A stretch of DNA of 63,790 nt, the filler included, from Nemertoderma westbladi (Eukaryota; Animalia; Xenacoelomorpha), in assembly GCA_032718475.1 (NCBI GenBank). It is 3 parts of 3 records of this genome, joined end to end, with 100 filler letters (N's around TTAATTAATTAA, not from the genome) between each part and the next. Parts side by side here need not be neighbours in the genome. Positions count along the whole stretch, not along the records: positions 47,122 to 63,790 come from JAUCBJ010003782.1; 2 more parts are not named here. One strand, given 5' to 3'. Below are positions 48,468-61,406 of this stretch, piece by piece. The notes beneath the pieces are model-generated. The model was not told the DNA's origin. It did no database searches and saw only the letters and a program-made list of their open reading frames with translations. How positions within the stretch are numbered: the first letter of the stretch is position 1; the number at the start of each line of letters is the position of its first letter. The position numbers were made by a program, and so were the translations under genes.

Positions 48468-50542
48468 CCTTAGCTGATCTCGCGTCTCGTCTGTAATTAT
48501 CTAACTAACCTTAGCTGATCCCGCGTCTCGTCTGTAATTATCTGCCTAACCTTAGCTGATCCCGCGCCTCGTCCTGTAATTATCTGACTAACCTTAGCTG
48601 ATCTCGCGTCGCGTCTGTAATTATCTAACTAACCTTAGCTGATCCCGCGTCTCGTCTGTAATTATCTGCCTAACCTTAGCTGATCCCGCGCCTCGTCCTG
48701 TAATTATCTGACTAACCTTAGCTGATCTCGCGTCGCGTCTGTAATTATCTAACTAACCTTAGCTGATCTCGCGTCGCGTCTGTAATTATCTAACTAACCT
48801 TAGCTGATCCCGCGTCTCGTCTGTAATTATCTGCCTAACCTTAGCTGATCCCGCGCCTCGTCCTGTAATTATCTGACTAACCTTAGCTGATCTCGCGTCG
48901 CGTCTGTAATTATCTAACTAACCTTAGCTGATCCCGCGTCTCGTCCTGTAATTATCTAACTAACCTTAGCTGATCCCGCGTCTCGACCTGTAATTATCTG
49001 ACTAACCTTAGCTGATCCCGCGTCTCGTCTGTAATTATCTGACTAACCTTAGCTGTTCTCGCGTCTCATCCTGTAATTATCTGACTAACCTTAGCTGATC
49101 CCGCGTCTCGTCCTGTAATTATCTAACTAACCTTAGCTGATCCCGCGTCTCGTCCTGTAATTATCTAACTAACCTTAGCTGATCTCGCGTCTCGTCCTGT
49201 AATTATCTGACTAACCTTAGCTGATCCCGCGTCTCGTCCTGTAATTATCTGACTAACCTTAGCTGATCCCGCGTCTCGTCCTGTAATTATCTGACTAACC
49301 TTAGCTGTTCTCGCGTCTCGTCCTGTAATTATCTGACTAACCTTAGCTGATCTCGCGTCTCGTCTGTAATTATCTGACTAACCTTAGCTGTTCTCGCGTC
49401 TCGTCCTGTAATTATCTGACTAACCTTAGCTGTTCTCGTCGCGTCTCGTCCTGTAATTATCTGACTAACCTTAGCTGATCCCGCGTCTCGTCCTGTAATA
49501 ATCTGACTAACCTTAGCTGTTCTCGCGTGTCGTCCTGTAATTATCTGACTAACCTTAGCTGATCTCGCGTCTCGTCTGTAATTATCTGACTAACCTTAGC
49601 TGTTCTCGCGTCTCGTCCTGTAATTATCTGACTAACCTTAGCTGTTCTCGTCGCGTCTCGTCCTGTAATTATCTGACTAACCTTAGCTGATCCCGCGTCT
49701 CGTCCTGTAATTATCTAACTAACCTTAGCTGATCCCGCGTCTCGTCCTGTAATTATCTGACTAACCTTAGCTGATCCCGCGTCTCGTCTGTAATTATCTG
49801 ACTAACCTTAGCTGATCTCGCGTCTCGTCCTGTAATTATCTGACTAACCTTAGCTGTTCTCGCGTCTCGTCCTGTAATTATCTGACTAACCTTAGCTGAT
49901 CTCGCGTCGCGTCTGTAATTATCTAACTAACCTTAGCTGTTCTCGCGTCTCGTCCTGTAATTATCTGACTAACCTTAGCTGATCTCGCGTCTCGTCTGTA
50001 ATTATCTGACTAACCTTAGCTGTTCTCGCGTCTCGTCCTGTAATTATCTGACTAACATTAGCTGTTCTCGTCGCGTCTCGTCCTGTAATTATCTGACTAA
50101 CCTTAGCTGATCCCGCGTCTCGTCCTGTAATTATCTGACTAACCTTAGCTGATCCCGCGTCTCGTCCTGTAATTATCTGACTAACCTTAGCTGATCCCGC
50201 GTCTCGTCTGTAATTATCTGACTAACCTTAGCTGTTCTCGCGTCTCGTCCTGTAATTATCTGACTAACCTTAGCTGTTCTCGTCGCGTCTCGTCCTGTAA
50301 TTATCCGACTAACCTTAGCTGATCCCGCGTCTCGTCCTGTAATTATCTGACTAACCTTAGCTGTTCTCGCGTCTCGTCCTGTAATTATCTGACTAACCTT
50401 AGCTGTTCTCGTCGCGTCTCGTCCTGTAATTATCCGACTAACCTTAGCTGATCCCGCGTCTCGTCCTGTAATTATCTGACTAACCTTAGCTGAACCCGCG
50501 CCTCGTCTGTAATTATCTAACTAACTTTAGCTGATCTCGCTC
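48468..50542 (-). repeat. 41-45-bp satellite (about 50 copies) at the start of EHD intron 2
   Basis: Plus-strand unit CCTTAGCTGATCCCGCGTCTCGTCCTGTAATTATCTGACTAA; merges into the exon 2 end and donor. Confidence 0.97.
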
Positions 50543-53207
50543 TTTTACATAAGTCGTTAAGTTTCCTCATCGCCGAGTTCCTCGGAAGGTGCCGCAGTTC
50601 CGTTAATAAATCATTTTTCTCTAATTCGAATAATTTTTCGTTATCTTCGTAAAGTAAAGGTTCGTCCCAGAAACTTCCGGTGTAAACTCGAACCACTTCG
50701 GGAGTTCTCAGGACCTTACCTGGGAAATAATGTAACCATTTAACCAATGAAGCGCCAGCTACTTACTTACAGTAGTACCGAACCGGCACAGGAAAGGGTG
50801 CTTCGGACATTCGGAATTATATGCATTATATTACATAGTGTTTCTATAGAAGCTTTGGCTCAAAATTAATGCGTACTAAATAACAGGTCATACAGCGAGC
50901 GGATTGTTAAAATTAGCGGAGGCCGATCTTTTCCCTATTTATGGCACTATTTTCATAATATTTCCTTAGAAACTTTATATTTCCTTAGAAACTTCTTTTA
51001 TGCTACTTTTGTTAGGTGGATATGATGATTAGGGTTCACATAAATGTAATAAAATGTCTTTCTGGATTTTTTATCTTGTTGTTGTCAAGGAAACCCGGTG
51101 CATTCCCAGCAAAGGTCAAATTTTGAGCAGCCTGTAATTTAAGACGACGAGGGATTCTGATCTTGAGATTTGGTAGGTGAGTAAACTGACAAACCGAATA
51201 AAAATGATGTTTCATAGAATTGGTAGACAATTATTAAATTCAAAATTTTCATTATATTTATTACCATGGCAATGGGAATGTAAAAAACTCAAATGCAAAA
51301 TATTTTGATAGACTTTTATTCCCTTTACTCACCTGCCACATCTCAAGAACAGAACTCATTGTATTCTTGAAATACAGGCGCGGAAAGTTTGAACTTTGCA
51401 CCCGGTTTCCTTTGACAACAACAAGATAAAAAAATCCAGAAAGACATTTTATTACATTTCTATGAACCCTAGTCATCATATCCACCTAAGAAAAGTAGCA
51501 TAAAAGAAGTTTGTAAGGAAATATTATGAAAATAGAGACATAAATAGAGAAAAGATCGGCCTCTTCTAATTTCAGCTATTCGCACGCTGCATGACCTGTT
51601 ATTTAGTTCATTGTTCTGTTACATTGTTCAAAATGCACGAATCACAATGTTAATATTATATGCTTCAACGGTATATGGAATAACTTAGGCCATAATACAA
51701 TAAGATCTTAAGATGTACAGTTGGGGCTAAATCACTAAAAGTGGCCAAGAAACTAAACAAAAACATTAGACTTTAAACTTTTGACTTTCTCGATCATTTC
51801 CAATAATTTATATCTTAAAATGACCGGCATTTACGATTACGGGTTACGATTATTTTGCAACGCTACCTTATATTTATTTTTCAGAATATCTGCGCGAACA
51901 TATACACGGACACATATACGCGGACATAGATTTTTCAGTGTAGACACGCAATACGTAAGTTTTAAAGGCATTTAAATTTTAATACAATGTCAACGAACCA
52001 GATATGTTGATATCTATATACCATCTTGTGTGTAACGTGTTATGTCCTGTGTTTTATAACCCTGTATGTTGTATGTCCTGTGTGTAAGGCAATTTTTAGT
52101 ATTATGACATAAATTATAATGTACCGATACTGTATCATACTTCTCACATCAGATTATATAATATTAAGATATTCCTCCATTGCGATCTGGTAGGTCATAC
52201 AGAATACGCATATTATTCATCATACATCACTATGCACTTTACACCATTGCAAAACGGGTACGTAAGTTTTTATTTTTTGTTATTCACATTTTATATCACG
52301 TTCCTACTGCTGAGGTTGACGTAATACAGTAATGTTCTTCGCTATAAACTAAACCAGGGATTAGTTCTCGTTACCCTAGCAACTAACCTAAAGACCACAT
52401 AAGAGCTCCATAGACTCGTAATAACTGCTGCGGAGTAACCCGATCGGCTTTATTCAGGACAATCCGAATCTTCTCGCTGTTATCTTTAATCGACTCGATT
52501 GCATTTCGGAACTCGTCCGATATATCGAGTTTGTGAGCGTCGAATAAAAGAACAATTAGATCTGATTTCTGCGCGAACCAGTTTAAAGCTCCGAGAAAAT
52601 CGTAACGTCTGTCCGTGCGTTGCTTCTCCCCGGAAAGAATCCCCGGCGTGTCTATCAACGATATGTGTTTGAGCAACTCGCTCGGACACTCAGAACATCC
52701 GAACTTATTGAGGAAAGAGTTCCCGAACATTTGAAGAGGGGCGAACTGTCTGTTCTTATCGACGACTAGGGCGTTGCCATGGATGAATCCTTCCTTGGCC
52801 CCGTGCAGTGGATGCATCACGGCGATAAACCCGTCGGTCGTCGGCTCCGGGCCGATTCGCATCCCCGGATATCCCCGACGCAGGAGGTGCTGAATGAACG
52901 TCGTCTTACCGGTGGAGTACTGGCCAACCAACAGCACCGTGGGTTTAGCCAGGAAGTACTGCTGGTCCAACGGATGGTAACCGAAATCATAGAAACGGTA
53001 ATGCTCTTCCAAAGGCCGTAGGTACTGGTTGTATTGCTTGTACAAGTCCTGCATCACATCCGTGACGGCGACGGGAGCTACCGGGGCTGTCCACGACAGT
53101 CTGGGGCCATGAACCAGGGGCGATAATGACAGATATCTGTATGAAGCGAGCACAGCAGTAGCAGATCGGGGTGACGTTGGAACATAAAGCGAAACGTAAC
53201 GAAACAT
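50526..53207 (-). CDS. EHD1: EH-domain-containing ATPase (EHD/RME-1/Past1), exons 1-2 (53207-52388, 50719-50526)
   Basis: GQYSTGKTTFI, GPEPTTD, DTPGILSGEKQ, FDAHKLDISDEF, LNKAD; intron G|GTTAGT...CCCAG| joins WSLG-KVLRTPEV in frame; second donor after RARSAK. The paralog number is not resolved. Confidence 0.92.
50875..51607. mobile_element. MITE in EHD intron 1
   Basis: Long imperfect TIRs ACTAAATAACAGGTCAT... / ...ATGACCTGTTATTTAGT. Confidence 0.75.
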
Positions 53208-54932
53208 AATTTATTATTGTTTACTTTATTAAATTACGTTTGAAATGTCGAGCTGTTGGTGTTTGAATAACCGCGACAATCTGACAATTGCTGAATTGGG
53301 CTCAAATCGGATTCAGTACACCCACCTTGCTCGGAGGTGATCGTTGATTGTTTTGGTTAGAAAAACCCGCCTCTGTAACCTGCTCCTTTCCATCAATTGG
53401 TAAAGTGGCCGTTTATTGTTTTGGTTTGAAAAGCCCGCCTCTGTAACCTGGTCCTTTCCCTCAATTGGTATATATATATACCATATACAATACCAGTATA
53501 CAGTACATCAGAAAATCAAGGGGTTTTGGAACTTCAAAAATTGCCGGTGTGGTGTACCGGTACTGAAACCGATTTTACCCCTGAATTGCGATTGATAACA
53601 ATATTAATATTAGAATGTCTGATTATCAATTACTTCTCACAAGCACACAATCAGACAATGTAACGCGTAGCTGTTGCCTGTAACCGCTGTCGCAACTATC
53701 AGACTATTGAGCTATGACTGTATAGTAGGCCTATCTGCCTATGGTATGAAGATACAAATATAGACTATAACCAAATATTCACCGCACAACCGAGACCGGT
53801 GCAATTATACAGTTATATGTTTTGTTTACTGGATTTTTTATTATTATTATGTTCAGATGTTTATTGAATTACGACAGTACAGCAGTACAACTGCAGTACA
53901 GTGGACTAATCACTAATCAGATTCTGCGACGACTGCTTGAGGTCATTTGTAAACCAACAACATACCATAATCTGATGCATGATATACCAGTATTACAAAT
54001 TGAAATTCCCGCTCTTGGTGTTACTAAGTTAGTAACAGCCAATAGTATTACAAACAGTAGGTTAACAGTCGCATTGACGACAAAATGAATTAACTAGAAT
54101 ATATTAGATACGGTAAAAGCTTAAATTTAGGCTGTTCTACGACCCCAAGTGAATGACACGAGGAGAACGCTTGCTCATGATTAACAATCAATTAATAGTG
54201 CCCTTCCTTCTACTAGCTAGTAATAGTTTTGAGAGTTTGACTCTTATGACAAACCACCAAGGGATACTCTAGAATAAATATTTTCGATTTTTAAGTTCTT
54301 TCACAATAATAAATTGACCCCACCCGAAAGTGGGTAGAAAATAGAGAACATCTTTTTGTTTTTGGAATATATATATCACTAGCTGGCAATAATAGCAGTT
54401 GTCTCCCCTAAATCCCGTAATCAATTCTATATATCATAATTTCCGTACTAAAAGTGTTATTTATTTTTTACGCAAATTGTGTTATATTGTACGCAAATTG
54501 TGTTATATTGTACGGAAATTTGTAGCATTCTTGAAATCGTCAAGTTGTATTAATTCTAGAATATTAGCTACCGCATTGTTACATAAATTATACCAAGGTA
54601 AGGATTCCCCATGAACATTATGAAATTGGCCTACAATCATTCTAGAAAATTTAAGATTCCCGTTTCATTTAGCGCAATGTAGGCTACTATACAATACATA
54701 GTACTAAGCCATCATATTTTTTACTTTTAAAGTTGTTCTGGTAAGTTCGACACAGTTGTGACTTGTGGAATGATATCGGGAAAACTTTGAAATATACTGT
54801 AGTAAGGCAGTAGGGACTGGGTGAGAGAGATTGACTTTCTCACATTGACTTATAATGTTAAATCTGGGCCATCATAATACGATGATACTATTAATACTCA
54901 TAGGATCGGCATGCTGCATTGCAGCTGCATTT

Positions 54933-55190
54933 TTAAGAATGCTGTGCCGGCTTGTCGACAAAATTGCGCCACCACAACTCCCTATCACCCATAACATTTG
55001 CTAGATCATCCGTATCTTCAAGGCCAGTGTCCTTTAAGATGCGTCTCAAGAAAGTCATGGGCTGTCCACCATGCTTATTCACTCCATGAGGCTGCCAAAG
55101 TACAAGATTATGCACTGGCTGGTCCTCAAGGCGAAAGCAATGTCCTGCAAAGCGGAGGCGATTTTGTTCTAGTGTCAAGCTTGGGGGACC
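54933..55190 (-). mobile_element. RTE-clade LINE 3' fragment
   Basis: RLRFAGHCFR...LVLWQP...DRELW C-terminal signature. Confidence 0.75.
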
Positions 55191-56083
55191 CAATAAGACC
55201 CCTCCAAAGTTATATAGTGTCTGGTTGGAATGAAACACAATGATAGCCTTTGTTAAATAGTCCGATGGCAAAATAAAGTAAAAGTAAATTTTCTTCGACC
55301 GCTAGGCCAGGGATTACGCACAACGTCTGACGACTTAATTCCAGTGCGGTCCCCCCGGAACTATACTCCCCAGAGTCAATTAAAGTACTCATTAAGCTAC
55401 CACTTAAGCATGCAAGGCAGAGATGCGCCCTGGCTGTCCCTTCAAAGCATTCGCGCCGAAACGAAAACTGCCCTTGGCCCATGCGAGGATCGAACCCGAG
55501 GATACGAGAGATGTGAATTCAATGCAACCACTACACCAAGGTGGGAACTAAGGGGGCAGAGGTATGAGAAAGAAAATGGTGGGTATGGGCTTCGCCTGAG
55601 TCCTGAATGCCTTGCTTGGGGTGAGTTTCATAAACGGTAGATTAATCTCTTAGAAACGCCGACCTGACCATTCTCTCAAATTTACTTCAGCTGGGTCACA
55701 GAATGTTGATAATCTAACTATAATGTTCTCCTGTACCACCACATATTAAGTAAAAACCCCCATGAGTGGATCAGCTTTACAGCATGACTTCAGTTGACCC
55801 GAGCCGTGAAATATGTCTTTCGCCAAAGAAAAGAGCAACAATTAGTAATAATTCAATTAAAGTTGTCAATTTACATAGAGAAATTAAATAAAACTTTTTA
55901 AATTACCTTTATTATTTATGATTATTTCCCGTCCCGCTACTAGTATAATTCGTTTTATTAAACAGAGTCCGTAATAAATACCGTTATTTATATTATCCCC
56001 CAAAAATTCCATGCCCCATTTTCTTTACTCTCCCCCAAACAAAACCCTTTTAGAATTGTTAACCTTCTCAGGGAGACAACACA

Positions 56084-56260
56084 TTTATTGAACTGTTATT
56101 TGTTATTTTGTACGGATATTTTGTACTCGTAACTATTATTTCGTCCAAGGACTGTTATAACGTCCGAGGCGAAGCCGAGGACTTATAACACGTCCGAGGA
56201 CGAAATAATAGTTACGAGTACAAAATATCCGTACAAAATAACAAATAACAGTTCAATAAA
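56084..56260. repeat. Palindromic MITE-like hairpin with central CCGAGGCGAAGCCGAGG
   Basis: Near-perfect arms of about 60 bp; similar architecture at about 59366-59506. Confidence 0.8.
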
Positions 56261-56261
56261 G

Positions 56262-56469
56262 ATAGAGACTCGCCTGTTTTCAGTGCTTTTCTTCATGCTT
56301 CTAAAGCTTTTGACCGTGTTTCACATTTCAAGTTATTCGGAAAATTATTAAGTTTAAAAGTTTATGTTGGAGTGGTTCGTTTATTATCGTATTGGTATTC
56401 TCATCAATTACTTTGTGTTACTTGGGGTTCTGCCGTGTCCGAATTCTTTAGTGTGACCCAACGGTGTCA
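56262..56469 (+). mobile_element. LINE RT fragment, left half
   Basis: Translates to SAFLHASKAFDRVSHFKLFGKLL...WYSHQ...W...SEFFSVT-NGV. Confidence 0.8.
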
Positions 56470-56737
56470 TAGGCGAGTCAATCTAGCCGAAAAGGGTGTC
56501 AACCCATAACAAATTCGCAATTCATCCAAACAATGTTTTTTATTCTACATTACCTTGTTAACACACCCAAAATGTCTATAAAAATATATTATGCGGATCA
56601 CCTTCAATTTCCTGTTTCTTTCCTTAGCAACATGGATTTTACATAGCAACAAGGGGTCTATTGGTGGGATTTTCTCCAAATTTGGTACAGACAAACTTTA
56701 CTCTAATGACTATCGATTGACTAAAGTATGCATGATA

Positions 56738-56773
<36 letters not shown>

Positions 56774-59700
56774 TAATATGCACGATAAAGTATGATGATT
56801 CTTCGAAATGCCCCCATTCCTTAATGGCCGACCATTATCAAACATTTGGTTCAGGGGATGTTGTAGCCACGTTTAAATATAATAAAGTATTTCCTATGGA
56901 TTTCGTATTACCTTCTCAAGTAATTAATGTAAATCGCACTCAACTTGATACTGATGTATTTTTGAAGAAAATTGAACAACTACGGCAAACTGGGTGTTCC
57001 ATATTTTTATCTGTACAAGAAAAACTAAAGGCTGGTGAGGATAGTGATACCATTCATGAGCTATTGGAAGCTTGTACATCTGATCTACATAAATTTTTAA
57101 CAGAGATAGATATACTTATTAAATCAACAAACAATAACCTTACTCAGCCATCACGTGACAATTCCATCTGTGACAAACATTCACTATTGGAAACCGAAGA
57201 TTATTTGATGAGATTGAATTGCCAATTATTTGAAACTGTGCATCATTGGAACGAAAAACTTTCCTCATTCTACAGCACAATTAAATCCAAAGTTTCTATA
57301 ACGAATGACAGCAGTAGGGAGAGCAAGCCATCCTCACTAACTTACAATTTTTCCACACCAGATCTCCTGGCTGACTTCAATGAAGATAAGAAACCTTCCA
57401 AAGTACCCGAAGTTCCAGACACAAATCACAGTCCAACTCCAAAGATAATTAAACGAATCCCATCTATCGATTTCAGTGGATCATTTTCTTCGAGTGTTGG
57501 AGAAACTCGCGCTGATAATAGTAAAGAACATAATAATAGCAAAGCTAGTGATTCTGGTTTGCGCGTTTTACCTTCCCATCGAAGACGAGTTTCGATGCCA
57601 GTACTTGCAATAGCAGATCTCCACAACGGCCCGCCAACACCTCCGCATGGTTTCAGTGATTCCTCTGAAAATGCTTTAATTGACGACCCAACAGGCGGGG
57701 AAAGGGAAGATTTTCAGCACCCAGCTTCCACTCCAATGACCCCTGAAACAATAAGAAAGGTTAAGAGCCAACCTAAACTCTCAAAGACTCAATCAACTGT
57801 CAGACAAATGCTGGGGAAACTGAAATCTGGTTCTTCTTACGTTCCAATAACCAGTCCGTTTTCAAATGATGAACATCCCAAACTTGCTCTGGGAGTGGGA
57901 ATACCGGTGATGGTGAAAGACAACCAACCGAGTTCCGTCATCGCCTACACACTCTGCTCAAACGAATATAAACTTCGATTGGCGGATATTAAAGCTGAGA
58001 GTATCGCTCTCTTACCTGAAAAAACATCGCGTCAATCAAAACGTCTTGGTAATCTCAAAGACACTGATGCTAATATTTCATTTGTGGAACCACCAGACGG
58101 TGATTTAATTAAGACCAATAATAAACAGCCTCATGGTCAAAATGTACTTTATTCAGTGACATCGACTGACAAAATTCAGGGTGCAGAGGAGACGTATAGC
58201 AATGAACAATCTCCAAGACATATCGCTTGCCAATTCTCCGACGCACATACAAAGTTCTTTTGCTGCGTGTTTTTTGCTGAAGAATTCTTTCAGTTTCGTA
58301 AACTCGTTTTCAGTGGCGGTGAAGATGACTTTATTCGTTCGTTGTCACAGTGCGCCCCTTGGAATCACGGCGCAGGTAAATCAGGCAGCACATTCTGCAA
58401 AACGTTGGACGGATGTTTCCTTATCAAACAGATGACAAACAACGAGGCACAATCTTTTCTTGAGTTCGGCCCAAAGTACTTCGAACACGTCAAGAAAACC
58501 CAAGAGGAAGGCAAGAAACCCACGTTGTTGGCCAAAGTGCTGGGAATGTACCGTATCGCGTTTAATAACACCTCCACCAACACAGCTTCCAAACAATATC
58601 TTATTGTAATGGAGAATTTATTTTACAATCGCAAGGTGGATATCATCTACGATCTCAAAGGGTCGCGTAGGAATCGGATGACAGTAATGAAATCGGGTAC
58701 GCCGTCGGTTTTAATGGACGATAATTACCTTTTACGATTAAATGAAGATCCGTTATATGTTAGGAAATACTCAAAGTCCGTGTTACTAGAGGCGGCTATA
58801 ATCGATACCGACTTCTTATTCCAGCAGACTGTCATGGACTATTCCTTATTGGTGGGTGTTGATGTGACTAAGAAAGAGCTTATTGTGGGTATTATAGACT
58901 ACATACGAACCTTCACCTGGGATAAGAAGTTGGAGATGGTAGGTAAATGGCATATCAATATGATTGGTAGTTCCCAGGACAACCCTTCTAAGATGCCCAC
59001 TGTTGTGTTTCCTGATGTCTATAGGAAGAGATTCATAAACGCCATCGATAAATATTTCTTAGAAATGCCGGACAGATGGTCGGGGTTGTCTAAATGCCCA
59101 GAGGTTGTATGATTCCTGGTTTTTTAAGGCGTAACTCTAACTGCTTTTGTAATAATTAATATTACGCTTTATAGCTAAAATAGCAATGCTAATTTCCGGG
59201 TTTTTATAATTGATCTCATTGAAACGTTAATTCAATGATTTATTATTTTATTTAGATAACCTATTGAAACACAACTTCTCTAATTTTATCTTCTGAAACT
59301 AAAATTTATCAAAATTCCACCCAGTTATATATTGAAGTGCAAGTCGTGGCAATTTAATAACTATTTATTATATTGTGTATAATGTAGCACTTTATCTCAC
59401 GCTGGTCCCGAACGTGTTAATATCTACACGAACGAGCGAAGCGAGTGAGTGAAATATTGAAACGAGGGACCGAAATGAGATAAGGTACATTATACACAAT
59501 ATAATATGTTGGTTGTTTTATTGTTAAATTTCTGGTTTACTTAACAAGATGTATAATAGATAATATTGGCCATTTCTTATATTTGTATGTTTTGTTCACA
59601 ATTCACGAACATTTTCGCTATTATATACTAAATTTCTAGCACTATGTTCTAGACCTCTTAAAAATGTTACAGAAAAAAATTCTGGAACATTTTTATATAC

Positions 59701-61406
59701 CAGCAAACATGTTCTAGAACAACAATTTAAAAATAACAAAAACTAGCTAAGTATATAAATTTTGAACTATTTAAAAAAATTGTAATATAATTAAAAAAAT
59801 AATAGCTAACATGTTGACTAACATACCAGCTAGTATAAAAAAAATACATTATATTAGGTAATTTCCTATATTAGGTAGCTGCAACAAGAAATAGCTATAA
59901 TACACTATGTTATTAATAGCAACCAAGACAGCGTGAGCGATAAATAAATAGGTGGATTACTTACGGCTCGTCCATAGACGAGCGTTAAGTAATCCAGAAA
60001 ATTAACAATAAAGAAGTGTATTATTTTAATTTATCTTCTGGCGAAAAACAAATTGGCCTGCATTAAAGTATTTTTTGACCCAAATCTGCAGCCAACATCA
60101 TTAAGTACAGTACAGTTTGAGCAACATTAATAATTTTGTGAATTCTGACTGGAAACTGACCAAAAGTATCATAAAGCTGTATTATCATTCAAAATTACAA
60201 TTTACTTACCAACACTAAACCAACCACTAACCGCTCGTAACCTTGGTGCTATTTTATTAAATATTCTATTTTGAACTTCACAAAAATGTATTTGTAATAC
60301 AAACTTAATTTTAACACCATTCCATTTTTTATAATTAGAAAATTAAAAGTCTTATCCAAATATTAAATTGGCCTTTGTTGAACGCGTTCAGTCCCTTAGC
60401 CGTCCCGGGGTAGTAGGTGAGTCAATCTAGCCGAAAAAGGGGGTCAACCCATAACAAATTCGCAATTCATCCAAACCAACTTTTTTTTATTCTACATTAC
60501 CTTGTTAATACCCCCAAAAAAGTCTATAAAAATATATTATGCGGATCACCTTCAATTTCTGTTTCTTTCCTTAGCAACATGGATTTTACATAGCAACAAG
60601 GGGTCTATTGGTGGGATTTTCTCCAAATTTGGTACAGACAAACTTTACTCTAATGACTATCGATTGACAGAAGTATGCGACTTCTATATAGTTACCAATT
60701 TAGTTTCCAGAGCAACGGAAATTTGTCTAATAATTTAACCATTTTTAATACCAATTTTGCTGGTACAATATAAGGACCTTATTTACACAACTTCTCTACT
60801 AAACGGTGGATGTAACCCGCCCATCGGATTTATCGACCTCAAAAACCCTTATCCCCAAAAAATTTATTTGTTATATGATAAACTATTGTGGTTTTCAAAC
60901 TAAAACAAATAAATAAATTACACCTAAAATCAATAGAGCAATCACAATTTAATTATGTGAAAAATCTTCACTAACATTAATGGAAATTATGAAATTTCCT
61001 TGCAGTGGAATTGTATAATTTTTTTACAACGGTTTACCTTAATATATCGTGAACTTTTTGATATATTTAAAAATTTGATGCGACTTCTAGTTTCCGAGAT
61101 ATAGCAATTAATGTGTAACACGCCAGTGTAAATATTACTAATTTCCCATTGAATCACAGCTTATTGTGAAATTAATTAAATTATTCTGGAACATCACCAA
61201 TTTGCTACTTACTTTTCCCTACTGTTCCTTTTGTTTGGCTTGTCTTATGCAAATTTACGCAGAATTTCCATGAATAAACATATGATCCGCAAAATAAAAT
61301 TTTATAGACTTTTTTTGGTCATTAATAAGGTAATATAGAATCCAAAATGTGTGGTTCGGATTGATTGCGAAATACTTATGGGTTTTTTGCTAGATTGACT
61401 CGACTA
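56470..61406 (+). mobile_element. Composite TIR DNA transposon (TAG...CTA ends) carrying PIKfyve sequence
   Basis: Left end TAGGCGAGTCAATCTAGC at 56470, second left end at 60414, right end GCTAGATTGACTCGACTA ending 61406; flanks rejoin as one LINE RT. Confidence 0.75.
56728..59112 (+). CDS. PIKFYVE: PIKfyve/Fab1 PI3P 5-kinase, C-terminal part only
   Basis: CPHSL..DH, QPSSVIAYTL, GAGKSGSTFCKT, FLIKQ, VMENLF, YDLKGS.RN, MDYSLLVG, GIIDYIRTFTWDKKLE, PTVV.P..Y..RF. Confidence 0.93.

Noticed and set aside
36184-50542. CRISPR-like arrays
   Set aside because: Head-to-tail tandem repeats without unique spacers; no cas genes; eukaryotic context.
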